A stretch of DNA of 64,000 nucleotides from a virus (lineage: Duplodnaviria > Heunggongvirae > Uroviricota > Caudoviricetes): the IMG/VR virus record IMGVR_UViG_3300047471_000949, one strand, 5' to 3'. Position numbers and translations under genes: made by a program. Below the pieces are notes generated by a model. The model was not told the DNA's origin. It saw nothing but the letters and a program-made list of their open reading frames with translations, and searched no databases. Of this stretch, positions 8,309 to 16,144 are shown piece by piece (position 1 is the stretch's first letter; each line of letters begins with the position of its first letter).

Positions 8309-8528
8309 AACTACACGGCGTAAGAGCCTACCATTTAGTCCCGCTCATTTAGCGAATATCGAGGCAAGACTCGACGGGGGAAGGATGGCCAGAACGTAGT
8401 GTGCGAGCCCTGGCAGGCGTCACCAGCACTGTTGCGTGTAGTTGCTACTTTCTTTAGATGGTGCGTGGCATATCCGTATATGCCGTCCGACAACAATACC
8501 GTTGGAACCTGAGTACGGAGGGACGCAC
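8309..8528 (+). ncRNA. candidate structured RNA(s), family unassigned
   Basis: GC-rich intergenic stretch; 9-bp closing stem 8309-8317/8435-8443 with internal hairpins; second junction 8461-8528. Confidence 0.4.
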
Positions 8529-8546
8529 TCTCCAAGGAAAACGAAA

Positions 8547-8729
8547 ATGTCAAATAGAGAATATCTAGGCGATGGCGTTTATGCCGACTTTGACGGCTTC
8601 CAGATTTGGGTTGCCGCCAACGATGGCATTCGAGATTATGCCCGTGTAGCACTTGAACCAGCAGTAATGAAAGCGCTGGACAACTATCGCAAACGACTAA
8701 ACGAAGAGTATGGCGTAAAGCACTTATGA
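8547..8729 (+). CDS. hypothetical phage protein (YLGDGVYA motif)
   Basis: AAGGA SD favours ATG 8547 over TTG 8442. Confidence 0.7.
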   Translation: MSNREYLGDGVYADFDGFQIWVAANDGIRDYARVALEPAVMKALDNYRKRLNEEYGVKHL

Positions 8730-8908
8730 GAACGAAAATGAACAACCAAAAAATCGATCAACTGATTATAACACCCATTCCACATAATGGTCACGGTCAA
8801 GTGTATCAGACCAACTTGTGGGATATCTTGCGACAAGTCCACGATTGTCCTTCCGACATTGACTTGTTGATCGGTCCCAAAAAGGAGCAAAATGAGCAGA
8901 CGCTCTAA
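8726..8908 (+). CDS. hypothetical protein
   Basis: 60-aa ORF, ATGA overlap. Confidence 0.5.
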   Translation: MRTKMNNQKIDQLIITPIPHNGHGQVYQTNLWDILRQVHDCPSDIDLLIGPKKEQNEQTL

Positions 8909-8914
8909 TAAAAG

Positions 8915-9091
8915 ATGTTCGAAAATAGAACAGTAAAATGCTGCTCGTGTGGCCGGTTTATATCCTGGCAAGATCAGGACGCCGGCCACGCACACTTTTA
9001 CTATGAACCCCTAAGCGAATGCGGTCCTGAAATCTGTGAATGGACCTGTAAGAACTGCACAAACAAGGAGGCCGCTCGTGGCTCGATCTAA
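8915..9091 (+). CDS. small Cys-rich (zinc-binding) protein (58 aa)
   Basis: MFENRTVKCCSCGR...CKNC. Confidence 0.6.
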   Translation: MFENRTVKCCSCGRFISWQDQDAGHAHFYYEPLSECGPEICEWTCKNCTNKEAARGSI

Positions 9092-10166
9092 AGCTATCGC
9101 TAACGCAACATTCGAAACTATTCAATCCAGAATATTCGGTTCCACCGAACCGAATTCCAACGCCCATCTCGGTGATGCGCTGACCTGGTATTCTTCAATG
9201 AAGGACACCAGCGACGCTCGCCGCTATTTGAACACCTACCTTGAAGAGTTCAACCGATTAGAAGACATTGAAACGCTAGAACGTGTCCCTGATGAATGGG
9301 TAAAGAATACCGCCGGCTGGTTGGCTCGACTAGCAATGGAGGGATATCCACTTCAGGAGACTAATATCGAGTTTCTTGAGCGACAGCTCAAGGAAACCCT
9401 GAAGCACGCTGTAGTTCCCGAAGCGGAACCGATAATCATCAAGCTGTCCCCCAATATCCAGCAACGTATTCGCGAAAAAGCTTCTGATCTGATTGCTGAT
9501 ATTGAAGGACAGATAGACGATAAGACAATCACTCCAAAATGGTCGCTGTACGACTATCTACGAGGCCTTGGTACATCGGCAATGATTGCTAATAAGCTAA
9601 TCGATCACTTTCGTCCTCTTGCGGCGGAACTAATTGAGGCGTTCGATTCCAAGGATAAGGACCTGAAGGAAGCCTATAAAAAGTATTCTAATGCTGAGTT
9701 GGAACGGCTTGCCATTATCTATCAGAACCTTTTAGATGATGCTGTTCGTTATGCGTCCAACGCTAAGAAGGCAAGACGACCACGCGCCAAGAAAAAGCCA
9801 ACGGTTGAAAAGCTGTTACGCCATTTTCAATATCAGAAATCCAATGAAGAACTGAAGCTTGTATCGCTTGATCCGGCCAAGATCATCGCCGCGCAAGAGT
9901 TATGGACATACAATACCAAGTCCAAGCTGCTGTCTGTATTCCGCGCCAACGATTCTGACGGCTTGAATGTTCGTCGTTCTGCTATCATCAATATCAACGA
10001 GCAGACATCTATGGCCAAGAAAATCGGACGCAAGACTGAAGGACGATTGCAATCTGTTCTTACTGGCGGCAGGGTTGTCCTTCGCAATATGATGGAGGAG
10101 ATTACTGGTTCTTCGAAGCCGGTAACAAGGATTGGCAAGACGACTGTGCTATTGAGAGTGTTATAA
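9078..10166 (+). CDS. conserved T4-like phage hypothetical protein
   Basis: LKLVSLDPAKII...LWTYNTK motif typical of environmental T4-like phages; GTG 9078 has AAGGAG SD. Confidence 0.75.
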   Translation: MARSKAIANATFETIQSRIFGSTEPNSNAHLGDALTWYSSMKDTSDARRYLNTYLEEFNRLEDIETLERVPDEWVKNTAGWLARLAMEGYPLQETNIEFLERQLKETLKHAVVPEAEPIIIKLSPNIQQRIREKASDLIADIEGQIDDKTITPKWSLYDYLRGLGTSAMIANKLIDHFRPLAAELIEAFDSKDKDLKEAYKKYSNAELERLAIIYQNLLDDAVRYASNAKKARRPRAKKKPTVEKLLRHFQYQKSNEELKLVSLDPAKIIAAQELWTYNTKSKLLSVFRANDSDGLNVRRSAIININEQTSMAKKIGRKTEGRLQSVLTGGRVVLRNMMEEITGSSKPVTRIGKTTVLLRVL

Positions 10167-10396
10167 TGAGGCCGCACGCAATGGGTGGAAAAATCCCAAA
10201 GACGACGAGTGGAATGCCATATCCAGAAAACTTGAAGCCGATAGGTCATCCTGGTGCTGGCCCAAACTGGTTCTCGCCTATCCCTTGTGAGCCATGCGCC
10301 TGTGGTTGCCCTAATCATTCGGGATGTAGCGTAACGGCTTTTAATAGGGACGCTTTTATGCAAATCATCGATAGAAGAAGAAAAGCTAATAAATGA
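10166..10396 (+). CDS. hypothetical protein
   Basis: TAATG-coupled, Cys cluster. Confidence 0.5.
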   Translation: MRPHAMGGKIPKTTSGMPYPENLKPIGHPGAGPNWFSPIPCEPCACGCPNHSGCSVTAFNRDAFMQIIDRRRKANK

Positions 10397-10584
10397 CCAA
10401 AATAAAAAACCTGATATCTGGTCTGACGATCCTCGCTGAATATTCAAACGAAGTTACTTGTGATCACCGAACTATTTTTGCTGGTCCTATAGGAATGGAC
10501 AAGATATCCAAAGATCATTACAAAGAACTATTAGCAATGGACTGGGACTTTGAGCTGGGCGAGGGCTGGTCCTTCCTTTTATAA
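10393..10584 (+). CDS. hypothetical protein
   Basis: 63-aa ORF, ATGA overlap. Confidence 0.65.
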   Translation: MTKIKNLISGLTILAEYSNEVTCDHRTIFAGPIGMDKISKDHYKELLAMDWDFELGEGWSFLL

Positions 10585-10587
10585 ATA
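10580..10587 (+). promoter_or_regulatory. T4-type late promoter
   Basis: exact TATAAATA. Confidence 0.7.
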
Positions 10588-10605
10588 AACCAGAGGAAAA
10601 CGTAA

Positions 10606-11010
10606 ATGAAGTTACATCGATCTATTATCCTTGGTCTTGTTCTTGCAGTAATGGTTTGTAAAACAAGTTCTATGATGCCAGTTGCCTATGCGGCTGAACC
10701 ACAGATTACTGATAAGCTTCCAGTCCCAAAACCTCCGGGACCAAATCGCCCGCCCGTTTTAGCTGAAAATCTTTCTTGTATTCCTTCAGAATCAGCAGAA
10801 CAAAACCTAAAACAAGCCGGCCAGAAACCTATTTTTGGGGTTTTTGATGGAAAACAGGTCATAATGGTTTTTGTTAATTCTGAGCAACAAACTTATGTGA
10901 TTGTTATAATCCCTGCTAATAATCCAGAAGTTGTATGCATATTATCCAAGGGCGAAGGCTATAATCTAAAGCTTGAGAACTTATCTAACAGCAAGTCGGA
11001 AACGCTCTAA
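10606..11010 (+). CDS. secreted/periplasmic hypothetical protein
   Basis: signal peptide, two Cys; GAGG SD. Confidence 0.7.
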   Translation: MKLHRSIILGLVLAVMVCKTSSMMPVAYAAEPQITDKLPVPKPPGPNRPPVLAENLSCIPSESAEQNLKQAGQKPIFGVFDGKQVIMVFVNSEQQTYVIVIIPANNPEVVCILSKGEGYNLKLENLSNSKSETL

Positions 11011-11049
11011 AACAGTTCTTGACATCTAAGGCCGGATGCTATATAAATA
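11010..11049 (+). promoter_or_regulatory. composite early and late promoter for the RNA locus
   Basis: AAACAGTTC-TTGACA (11019-11024) and TATAAATA (11042-11049), which sits at the -10 position. Confidence 0.75.
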
Positions 11050-11139
11050 TCATAGGATACATTAGGAGTTCAGAGGACGTCCACTAAAAGCAGCCACATA
11101 CGGCTATAATGCTAATCTGGATAAACCTAGTGTGTCTTG

Positions 11140-11448
11140 TTTATCGTTGATGACGTTCAAAATAGGTGTTTGTCACCAGGGCTCATTCCCTGCACCTCCA
11201 CCAGGAGCGCAAGAATTGCAAGTTCTTCCGACTTTTATCAGTAACTTAACGTAAGAGTAGAACGAGGCAAATTTCTTGTGTTCCTGATGGGGGTGAAAGG
11301 ATCGAACATCACTGAAGCTAAAACCGAGACGATATCGCTGGCCGAGTGGCTCGTAAAATAGAGAACGACGAACAGTTCCCACTTGCCTTGGCTGCCTAAC
11401 AGCTAAGCGGAGTTTCGGGATTATCTTGGCAACAGAAAAATCCCACTT
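11140..11448 (+). ncRNA. ssrA: circularly permuted (two-piece) tmRNA
   Basis: acceptor piece ends CACCTCC-ACCA (11204); coding piece starts GGGGGTG (11289) giving G3-U70 and A73; tag (A)ENDEQFPLALAA* at 11361-11399; alpha-type 3' hairpin with GGCAACAGAA. Confidence 0.92.
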
Positions 11449-11454
11449 TTATAA

Positions 11455-11673
11455 ATGTATTATCTTTATATAAAACAACACAATATAACAAACAAAGCAA
11501 ATAGAGGCAATCATAATCTTGGTGGTTGGAATCGCGGATTAACTATTAATAATCCTATTATTGCCGCAAATATCAAGGCGATGGCAGACGCAACAAGAGG
11601 AAAAAAGAAGCCGCTGGAACAACGTAGGAAAATGAGTATTGCCCAGAAAAAACGTTGGGCAAAAACCTTATAA
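11455..11673 (+). pseudogene. internally deleted GIY-YIG/NUMOD3 homing endonuclease remnant
   Basis: MYYLYIKQHNIT start and RGKKKPLEQRRKMSIAQKKRW NUMOD3-like end, no catalytic core. Confidence 0.55.
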
Positions 11674-11948
11674 TGGTAGCAGACAATAATCAGATATCAC
11701 AAATACTAAATCCAGACTTCTCATTTGTTAGTGAGATTGAGCGACAAGTCAAAGAGACTAATGTCGGTTATCTTGACTGCATTTTTGATTACTGCTCTAA
11801 ACGCAATTTAGAATATGAGCAAGTTATCCACTTGATTAAAAGCAATCCAGAGTTCAAGAATAAAATACAGGCCGAAGCCGAGGCGCTTAATCTTTTGAAA
11901 AAGCTCCCTCCCAAAAAGAAGCCAAAGCGAAGGAAGAAAAAGAAATGA
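11673..11948 (+). CDS. gp33: late promoter transcription co-activator gp33
   Basis: FVSEIE...YLDCIFDYC...KIQAEAEALNLL; TAATG-coupled start. Confidence 0.85.
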   Translation: MVADNNQISQILNPDFSFVSEIERQVKETNVGYLDCIFDYCSKRNLEYEQVIHLIKSNPEFKNKIQAEAEALNLLKKLPPKKKPKRRKKKK

Positions 11949-12148
11949 AAGTTACAATTGAGACAGCCCCTCTAACATATTCTTATCCATTTGATTATGC
12001 TATTTGTTATGGTGATCTAAGTGGTGTTTTGGCTATTTGTCGTGATAAAAGCATTGCTGAGGAATTTGTCAAAAACTTGTCGGAAAACCAATGGGCGCTA
12101 GGAATAGGCCCATTAACTGTGCGTCCAGTGAAAGGATTTGAGAAATGA
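11945..12148 (+). CDS. hypothetical protein
   Basis: ATGA-coupled ORF. Confidence 0.6.
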   Translation: MKVTIETAPLTYSYPFDYAICYGDLSGVLAICRDKSIAEEFVKNLSENQWALGIGPLTVRPVKGFEK

Positions 12149-12381
12149 GTTTTATTGAATTAACCATCTTATCACACGATGAACTGAATGGCGAGAAAAT
12201 CCTAATCCGAGGCGAAGACATTCGAAGGATTATGGAGGTAAAACACTTCAAGGACAAAATTCCTGATGTAGTGTCCGGAGAAAAGCCTATAAAATGTTCG
12301 CTAATCTGGTTGGTTAGTGGACAGGCCCAGAAAGTAGCCGAAACTCCGATTGAAATTAGAGGAATGTTGGAGAAGAAATGA
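12145..12381 (+). CDS. hypothetical protein
   Basis: ATGA-coupled ORF. Confidence 0.65.
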   Translation: MSFIELTILSHDELNGEKILIRGEDIRRIMEVKHFKDKIPDVVSGEKPIKCSLIWLVSGQAQKVAETPIEIRGMLEKK

Positions 12382-12635
12382 CTGAAGAACCTCGCATCAT
12401 AGTTATAAAAAAAGACGAAGATGATATGCCTATCGGCCGACGATCTGGTCGCGCCCCTGGTGTTATAAACGGCCGCCGCGTTTTCGACAAAGTAAACACC
12501 GCGAAGAAACGTTCACGAGCCCGACTGGAACGAGCTGCCGAAGGCTGGAATCGACATATTGAAAACCATCCTCGCGACGAAATGGCTCGAAAATGTCTCT
12601 CTAACCTGAATGATAGATTAAGGAGCATTAATTGA
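12378..12635 (+). CDS. hypothetical basic protein
   Basis: ATGA-coupled ORF. Confidence 0.65.
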   Translation: MTEEPRIIVIKKDEDDMPIGRRSGRAPGVINGRRVFDKVNTAKKRSRARLERAAEGWNRHIENHPRDEMARKCLSNLNDRLRSIN

Positions 12636-12853
12636 TGGTAGTAGAATATCAAAAAACAGTTAAACGAACCCTTTGGGTCGCTCAATGTAATTGTGATCAA
12701 CAAGACCCTTGGCGAGTGATATTTGCTGAGAACGCCCCTCGTGAAAAGATGTGTCCAAAGTGTGGCACGTGGGTTGCAATCAGAGAAGAAACAGCGACCA
12801 GTCCTGAATATAAGATGTTGAATGAGCAAGAGGGGAAAATAAATGCCCGTTGA
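12632..12853 (+). CDS. zinc-ribbon-like hypothetical protein
   Basis: CNC...CPKC. Confidence 0.6.
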   Translation: MMVVEYQKTVKRTLWVAQCNCDQQDPWRVIFAENAPREKMCPKCGTWVAIREETATSPEYKMLNEQEGKINAR

Positions 12854-12923
12854 ATGGTGGATTGTCTGTGGAATAGCCGTTTTAATGTTACCAATTTATG
12901 CTTGGTTCTTTTTTGGTAAGTAA
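12843..12923 (+). CDS. small membrane peptide (26 aa)
   Basis: MPVEWWIVCGIAVLMLPIYAWFFFGK; GAGGGG SD. Confidence 0.5.
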   Translation: MPVEWWIVCGIAVLMLPIYAWFFFGK

Positions 12924-13112
12924 ATGATGATACGTAGTAATCGCTATCAGGAAGGTTATAATAACGGCTGGAAAAAAGCTATGGAAGATATTGATATTAG
13001 CCGTGATACCATAATCGAGGAATGCGCGCAAATAGCAGACGGTTGGGCTCGTGGCGACAATAGCCCCCATCGGCTCGGGGAAGTAATTCGCGCGATAAAA
13101 AATAAGCTATGA
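12924..13112 (+). CDS. hypothetical protein
   Basis: 62-aa ORF. Confidence 0.65.
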   Translation: MMIRSNRYQEGYNNGWKKAMEDIDISRDTIIEECAQIADGWARGDNSPHRLGEVIRAIKNKL

Positions 13113-13291
13113 TGTATTCTTTTTATGGAAAGAATTTTTTCTTTATCAAGGAATGTTCTGACCTCGATCACGTTAAATTGACCATAGATCGCTGCCGAAA
13201 AACTTATAAAACTTGCGGTTATTATGTAAACCGACATATCAGTAAAGTTACTGATAGTTTAGGAGTTGTGATATATCCAGCCGATAGATAA
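13109..13291 (+). CDS. hypothetical protein
   Basis: ATGA-coupled ORF. Confidence 0.55.
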   Translation: MMYSFYGKNFFFIKECSDLDHVKLTIDRCRKTYKTCGYYVNRHISKVTDSLGVVIYPADR

Positions 13292-13307
13292 ATAATGATA
13301 AATCTCC

Positions 13308-13796
13308 ATGAAAATATCAATCATTGGGAAACCAAAAAACACTAAGAAGTCCTCGATAAGATATGCGGCTAAGTTTTTTGCCAATGAATTGCTGTCCAAA
13401 AGGTTATCTGATAATATCCTTGTTAGAATCGTCTTCGATAAGAACATAATCGCCGAGGATTTATCCTATCACGATGATGGCTCTTGTATGTTTACTTTAT
13501 TTGAAGAAACTGGCTTCCCTCGCGAGTTTGAAATTCTTATTAGACCATCTTTATCCCGCGCCGATACCTATATGGTGCTGGCCCACGAAATGTCGCATGT
13601 TGAACAATACGCCAGAGGACGACTCCATTTTTATCAAAGAGACTCAGATCGAGCCAGATGGAAAAACAAAGTCTATAAATCTACCATAAAAAGTCTAAAG
13701 GAATATCTAAGGAAGCCTTGGGAAATCGAGGCAACAAAAATGGAGGAAAAATTGATCGAAGCACTCTATCTCCATCTCAAAGAGAACAATCAATAA
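13308..13796 (+). CDS. putative HExxH zinc metallopeptidase
   Basis: LAHEMSHVEQY...PWEIEA. Confidence 0.8.
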   Translation: MKISIIGKPKNTKKSSIRYAAKFFANELLSKRLSDNILVRIVFDKNIIAEDLSYHDDGSCMFTLFEETGFPREFEILIRPSLSRADTYMVLAHEMSHVEQYARGRLHFYQRDSDRARWKNKVYKSTIKSLKEYLRKPWEIEATKMEEKLIEALYLHLKENNQ

Positions 13797-14146
13797 TGAC
13801 CGAACTTTCCGATCATTTCGAACAATTTTCAGATGATGAATTGATCGATGCTCTGGAAGTTCGAGGAGGACATTTTGTGGTGGGGAAGGAGGATAAATTA
13901 TCTTATTTTGAGAGTGAAGAACTTGAGAGAGAGTTATATGAGCGCACCGGCAAGTTCACTGTTGACTGTAAGGATTATGATAAAATGAAAGAAATTCTAA
14001 AGGAACAAGGTTACCGAGTTTATGAGCGTGATCCTCAGAAAGAGTTGTTGGAGGAAATGTATTATGAGGCGCTTTGTGGTCCACAAGCCAGATTTTTACA
14101 GTATCTGAATAATCTGTTTATTAATAAAATTGATCGCTGGATATGA
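13796..14146 (+). CDS. hypothetical protein (116 aa)
   Basis: TAATG-coupled start preferred to TTG 13718. Confidence 0.7.
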   Translation: MTELSDHFEQFSDDELIDALEVRGGHFVVGKEDKLSYFESEELERELYERTGKFTVDCKDYDKMKEILKEQGYRVYERDPQKELLEEMYYEALCGPQARFLQYLNNLFINKIDRWI

Positions 14147-14149
14147 ACG

Positions 14150-14287
14150 ATGAGATTTAAAGATTTTGCCGATTGGATAGAGAGTATTGGTCAAACAAGA
14201 CGACTTCTTATTGCTATTACCATCGTATTTTTTGGATCGTGGCTTGGTGTTCTTATAGGTCTTATGTTGGCATTAGTCATGCGATGA
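14150..14287 (+). CDS. small membrane protein (45 aa)
   Basis: MRFKDFADW...one TM helix; ATGA overlap with gp59. Confidence 0.6.
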   Translation: MRFKDFADWIESIGQTRRLLIAITIVFFGSWLGVLIGLMLALVMR

Positions 14288-14862
14288 CTCCCAATGATTG
14301 TCTTCGATTGTTTCTGACGCTCAAGCTACACTTCTCCCAACCTTCTTACGACTGGTTCAAGTATAAGGGAGAGCTAAAGTATCGTCCTGATATATCGAAG
14401 CGCCGCGATAAGTATCAGCTAATGAAAATAACCAAACACCCCGATGCCCAGGGACTCTTGCTGGCTAATCTAAGCTTGAACCCGCATATTTGGCCTGGCG
14501 ATATTCTGTCCGACAAAGGACTAACAATCTATAAGAACTGGAAGAAACGACGGGAGAGTCTGTCCTATACCTTCCAGGAGGAGATTAAACAGCTACTTCC
14601 GGACTTTAATGAGAACTTTATAATGAAGCAAAACGAGCATCCTTATGCGCTTCGGCTCTTTCTTGGCGAACACATCTCGCTCGATACTCTTGTTATCTTG
14701 AATCAGTTAGTGAAATTTTATCAGACCTGGAATAAGACATTAGATAACGATATAGTTTGGAAAGAGATAAGCCTTATTATTCCGAAGTATCAACCTTTCC
14801 TAAATATTGATAGCGATAAGTTTAAGAAGATATTAATGGAAAGGTTTAATGACCAGGAATGA
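14284..14862 (+). CDS. gp59: loader of DNA helicase gp59
   Basis: LKLHFSQPSYDWFKY...RRDKY...ISLDTLVILN; true start ATG 14284. Confidence 0.9.
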   Translation: MTPNDCLRLFLTLKLHFSQPSYDWFKYKGELKYRPDISKRRDKYQLMKITKHPDAQGLLLANLSLNPHIWPGDILSDKGLTIYKNWKKRRESLSYTFQEEIKQLLPDFNENFIMKQNEHPYALRLFLGEHISLDTLVILNQLVKFYQTWNKTLDNDIVWKEISLIIPKYQPFLNIDSDKFKKILMERFNDQE

Positions 14863-14941
14863 GAGGTTTATGTTGTATATGATTTTTGCGCTTGTAACAG
14901 GCCAATTTTTAGGGAAGTTACTTTTTGATATGGGGTTTTAA

Positions 14942-15103
14942 ATGACTAAAAACGAGATATTAGCCAGAGAAATAGTGCGAATAATTTTATATGATATTCA
15001 AAGCCGTGCCGATTGGAATCATATGTGGGATGCAACTGATGAAGATAGGCAATGGGAAATAGAACATCATTGGAGAAAGTTAGTAATCGAATGCTTATCC
15101 TGA
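14942..15103 (+). CDS. hypothetical protein (53 aa)
   Basis: MTKNEILAREIV... Confidence 0.55.
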   Translation: MTKNEILAREIVRIILYDIQSRADWNHMWDATDEDRQWEIEHHWRKLVIECLS

Positions 15104-15111
15104 GATAAATA
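15104..15111 (+). promoter_or_regulatory. late promoter variant
   Basis: GATAAATA upstream of ORF 15130. Confidence 0.55.
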
Positions 15112-15129
15112 AATACAAGGAGAAATATC

Positions 15130-15396
15130 ATGGCAGACATAGTTCCAGCTGCAACAGTTATTGTGCAATCGTCGTGGTGGTCCAAGATTAACTGGACTGC
15201 AGCAGTCACCGGCAGTGCAATGCTTTTGGTGTGGTTATCGGGGGGACAACTCAATTTAACTCCCGACCAAATATCCTCAGTAGTAACCACAATAGGCGTT
15301 GTTGGTAGCATCGTAACCTGGTTGCTTCGAACCTTCTTCACGAACACTGTTACTCCAGCTTCAGTAACCCCCACAACGACAATGTTAGCGAAGTAA
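15130..15396 (+). CDS. putative holin-like membrane protein
   Basis: two TM helices, WWSKINW motif, late promoter, strong SD. Confidence 0.55.
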   Translation: MADIVPAATVIVQSSWWSKINWTAAVTGSAMLLVWLSGGQLNLTPDQISSVVTTIGVVGSIVTWLLRTFFTNTVTPASVTPTTTMLAK

Positions 15397-15558
15397 ATGG
15401 ACCATCCTGGAATGTTTAAGACCGCACAAGTCGAAGCCTTACTCGAAGCTGCGCGCGATTGTGAAAAGGATGGCGATATGGTAGCTGCTAAAAAGTTACG
15501 CGCTCGCGCCAAGAAGCTCGACCCCGATCATTGGTGTGCAGCCTGGAAGGGAAAGTAA
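15397..15558 (+). CDS. hypothetical protein (53 aa)
   Basis: MDHPGMFK...; abuts both neighbours. Confidence 0.55.
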   Translation: MDHPGMFKTAQVEALLEAARDCEKDGDMVAAKKLRARAKKLDPDHWCAAWKGK

Positions 15559-15559
15559 A

Positions 15560-15910
15560 ATGCCGCTGATTCTTGGATTGCTACAAATACTGGTTACTTT
15601 AGGGGTTGGCCCTTCCTGGCTTGCAATACTATTACCCCTCCTTATCGATTTTGGTCCAGCTGCAGAACTTCTGATTGTTGATTTTATTAAGCTGATCCAG
15701 GAACTGGAAAAACAGCATAATGTGGTGTTTGTTGGTTCAGTCCCGAATATGATCCCGGCCTATGATGGGACGGGAGCCTTGATCATGATCCCTAATCCGG
15801 ACTATCCAACTGCGCTGGCTGTTGCTCAGGCGGCTGGAAAACAGCCAACAAAAGAACGACCTTCGGCAATGGCTGTCGCAAATATCCAAAAACTGGCACT
15901 ATCGCGATGA
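15560..15910 (+). CDS. membrane protein (116 aa)
   Basis: hydrophobic N-terminus MPLILGLLQILVTLG. Confidence 0.6.
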   Translation: MPLILGLLQILVTLGVGPSWLAILLPLLIDFGPAAELLIVDFIKLIQELEKQHNVVFVGSVPNMIPAYDGTGALIMIPNPDYPTALAVAQAAGKQPTKERPSAMAVANIQKLALSR

Positions 15911-16119
15911 TCGCCTGGGACAAGCTTTCCGAAACATCCAACCTTCTGAAAAAACGCGAGACGTTGCGAACGGAGTCCAAGAAGATCGACACCTCTGCTA
16001 AACGAAAAGCAGTTATCGAAAAGTATCTGGAAGCTATTGAACGCGACATTGATCGGCTTTCCTATCTACGAGCCGAAATAAAGGACGAAAAGGAGGACAA
16101 AGCCAAAGAAACCCCTTGA
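15907..16119 (+). CDS. hypothetical coiled-coil protein
   Basis: ATGA-coupled ORF. Confidence 0.6.
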   Translation: MIAWDKLSETSNLLKKRETLRTESKKIDTSAKRKAVIEKYLEAIERDIDRLSYLRAEIKDEKEDKAKETP

Positions 16120-16144
16120 CAACCATAGCACTATCAGATAAAAT
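16116..16144 (+). promoter_or_regulatory. sigma70-type promoter for gp32
   Basis: TTGACA (16116-16121), N17, TAAAAT (16139-16144). Confidence 0.8.

Noticed and set aside
8461-8528. Hammerhead ribozyme
   Set aside because: CTGAGTA does not fit CUGANGA and there is no correctly placed GAAA core.
11080-11100. SRP RNA or SAM-alpha riboswitch (AAGCAGCC)
   Set aside because: Lacks the GNRA-capped SRP helix and the GUGGUGAUUU of SAM-alpha.
11177-11204. Stand-alone tRNA
   Set aside because: Only a T-arm and 3' acceptor strand are present; the 5' strand lies downstream as part of the permuted tmRNA.
14173-14283. ORF-track upstream starts (14173, also 1017, 7619, 8442, 9036, 13718, 15536, 31821, 43677, 52458)
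   Set aside because: Downstream starts have an SD, stop/start coupling or a promoter, and avoid long overlaps.
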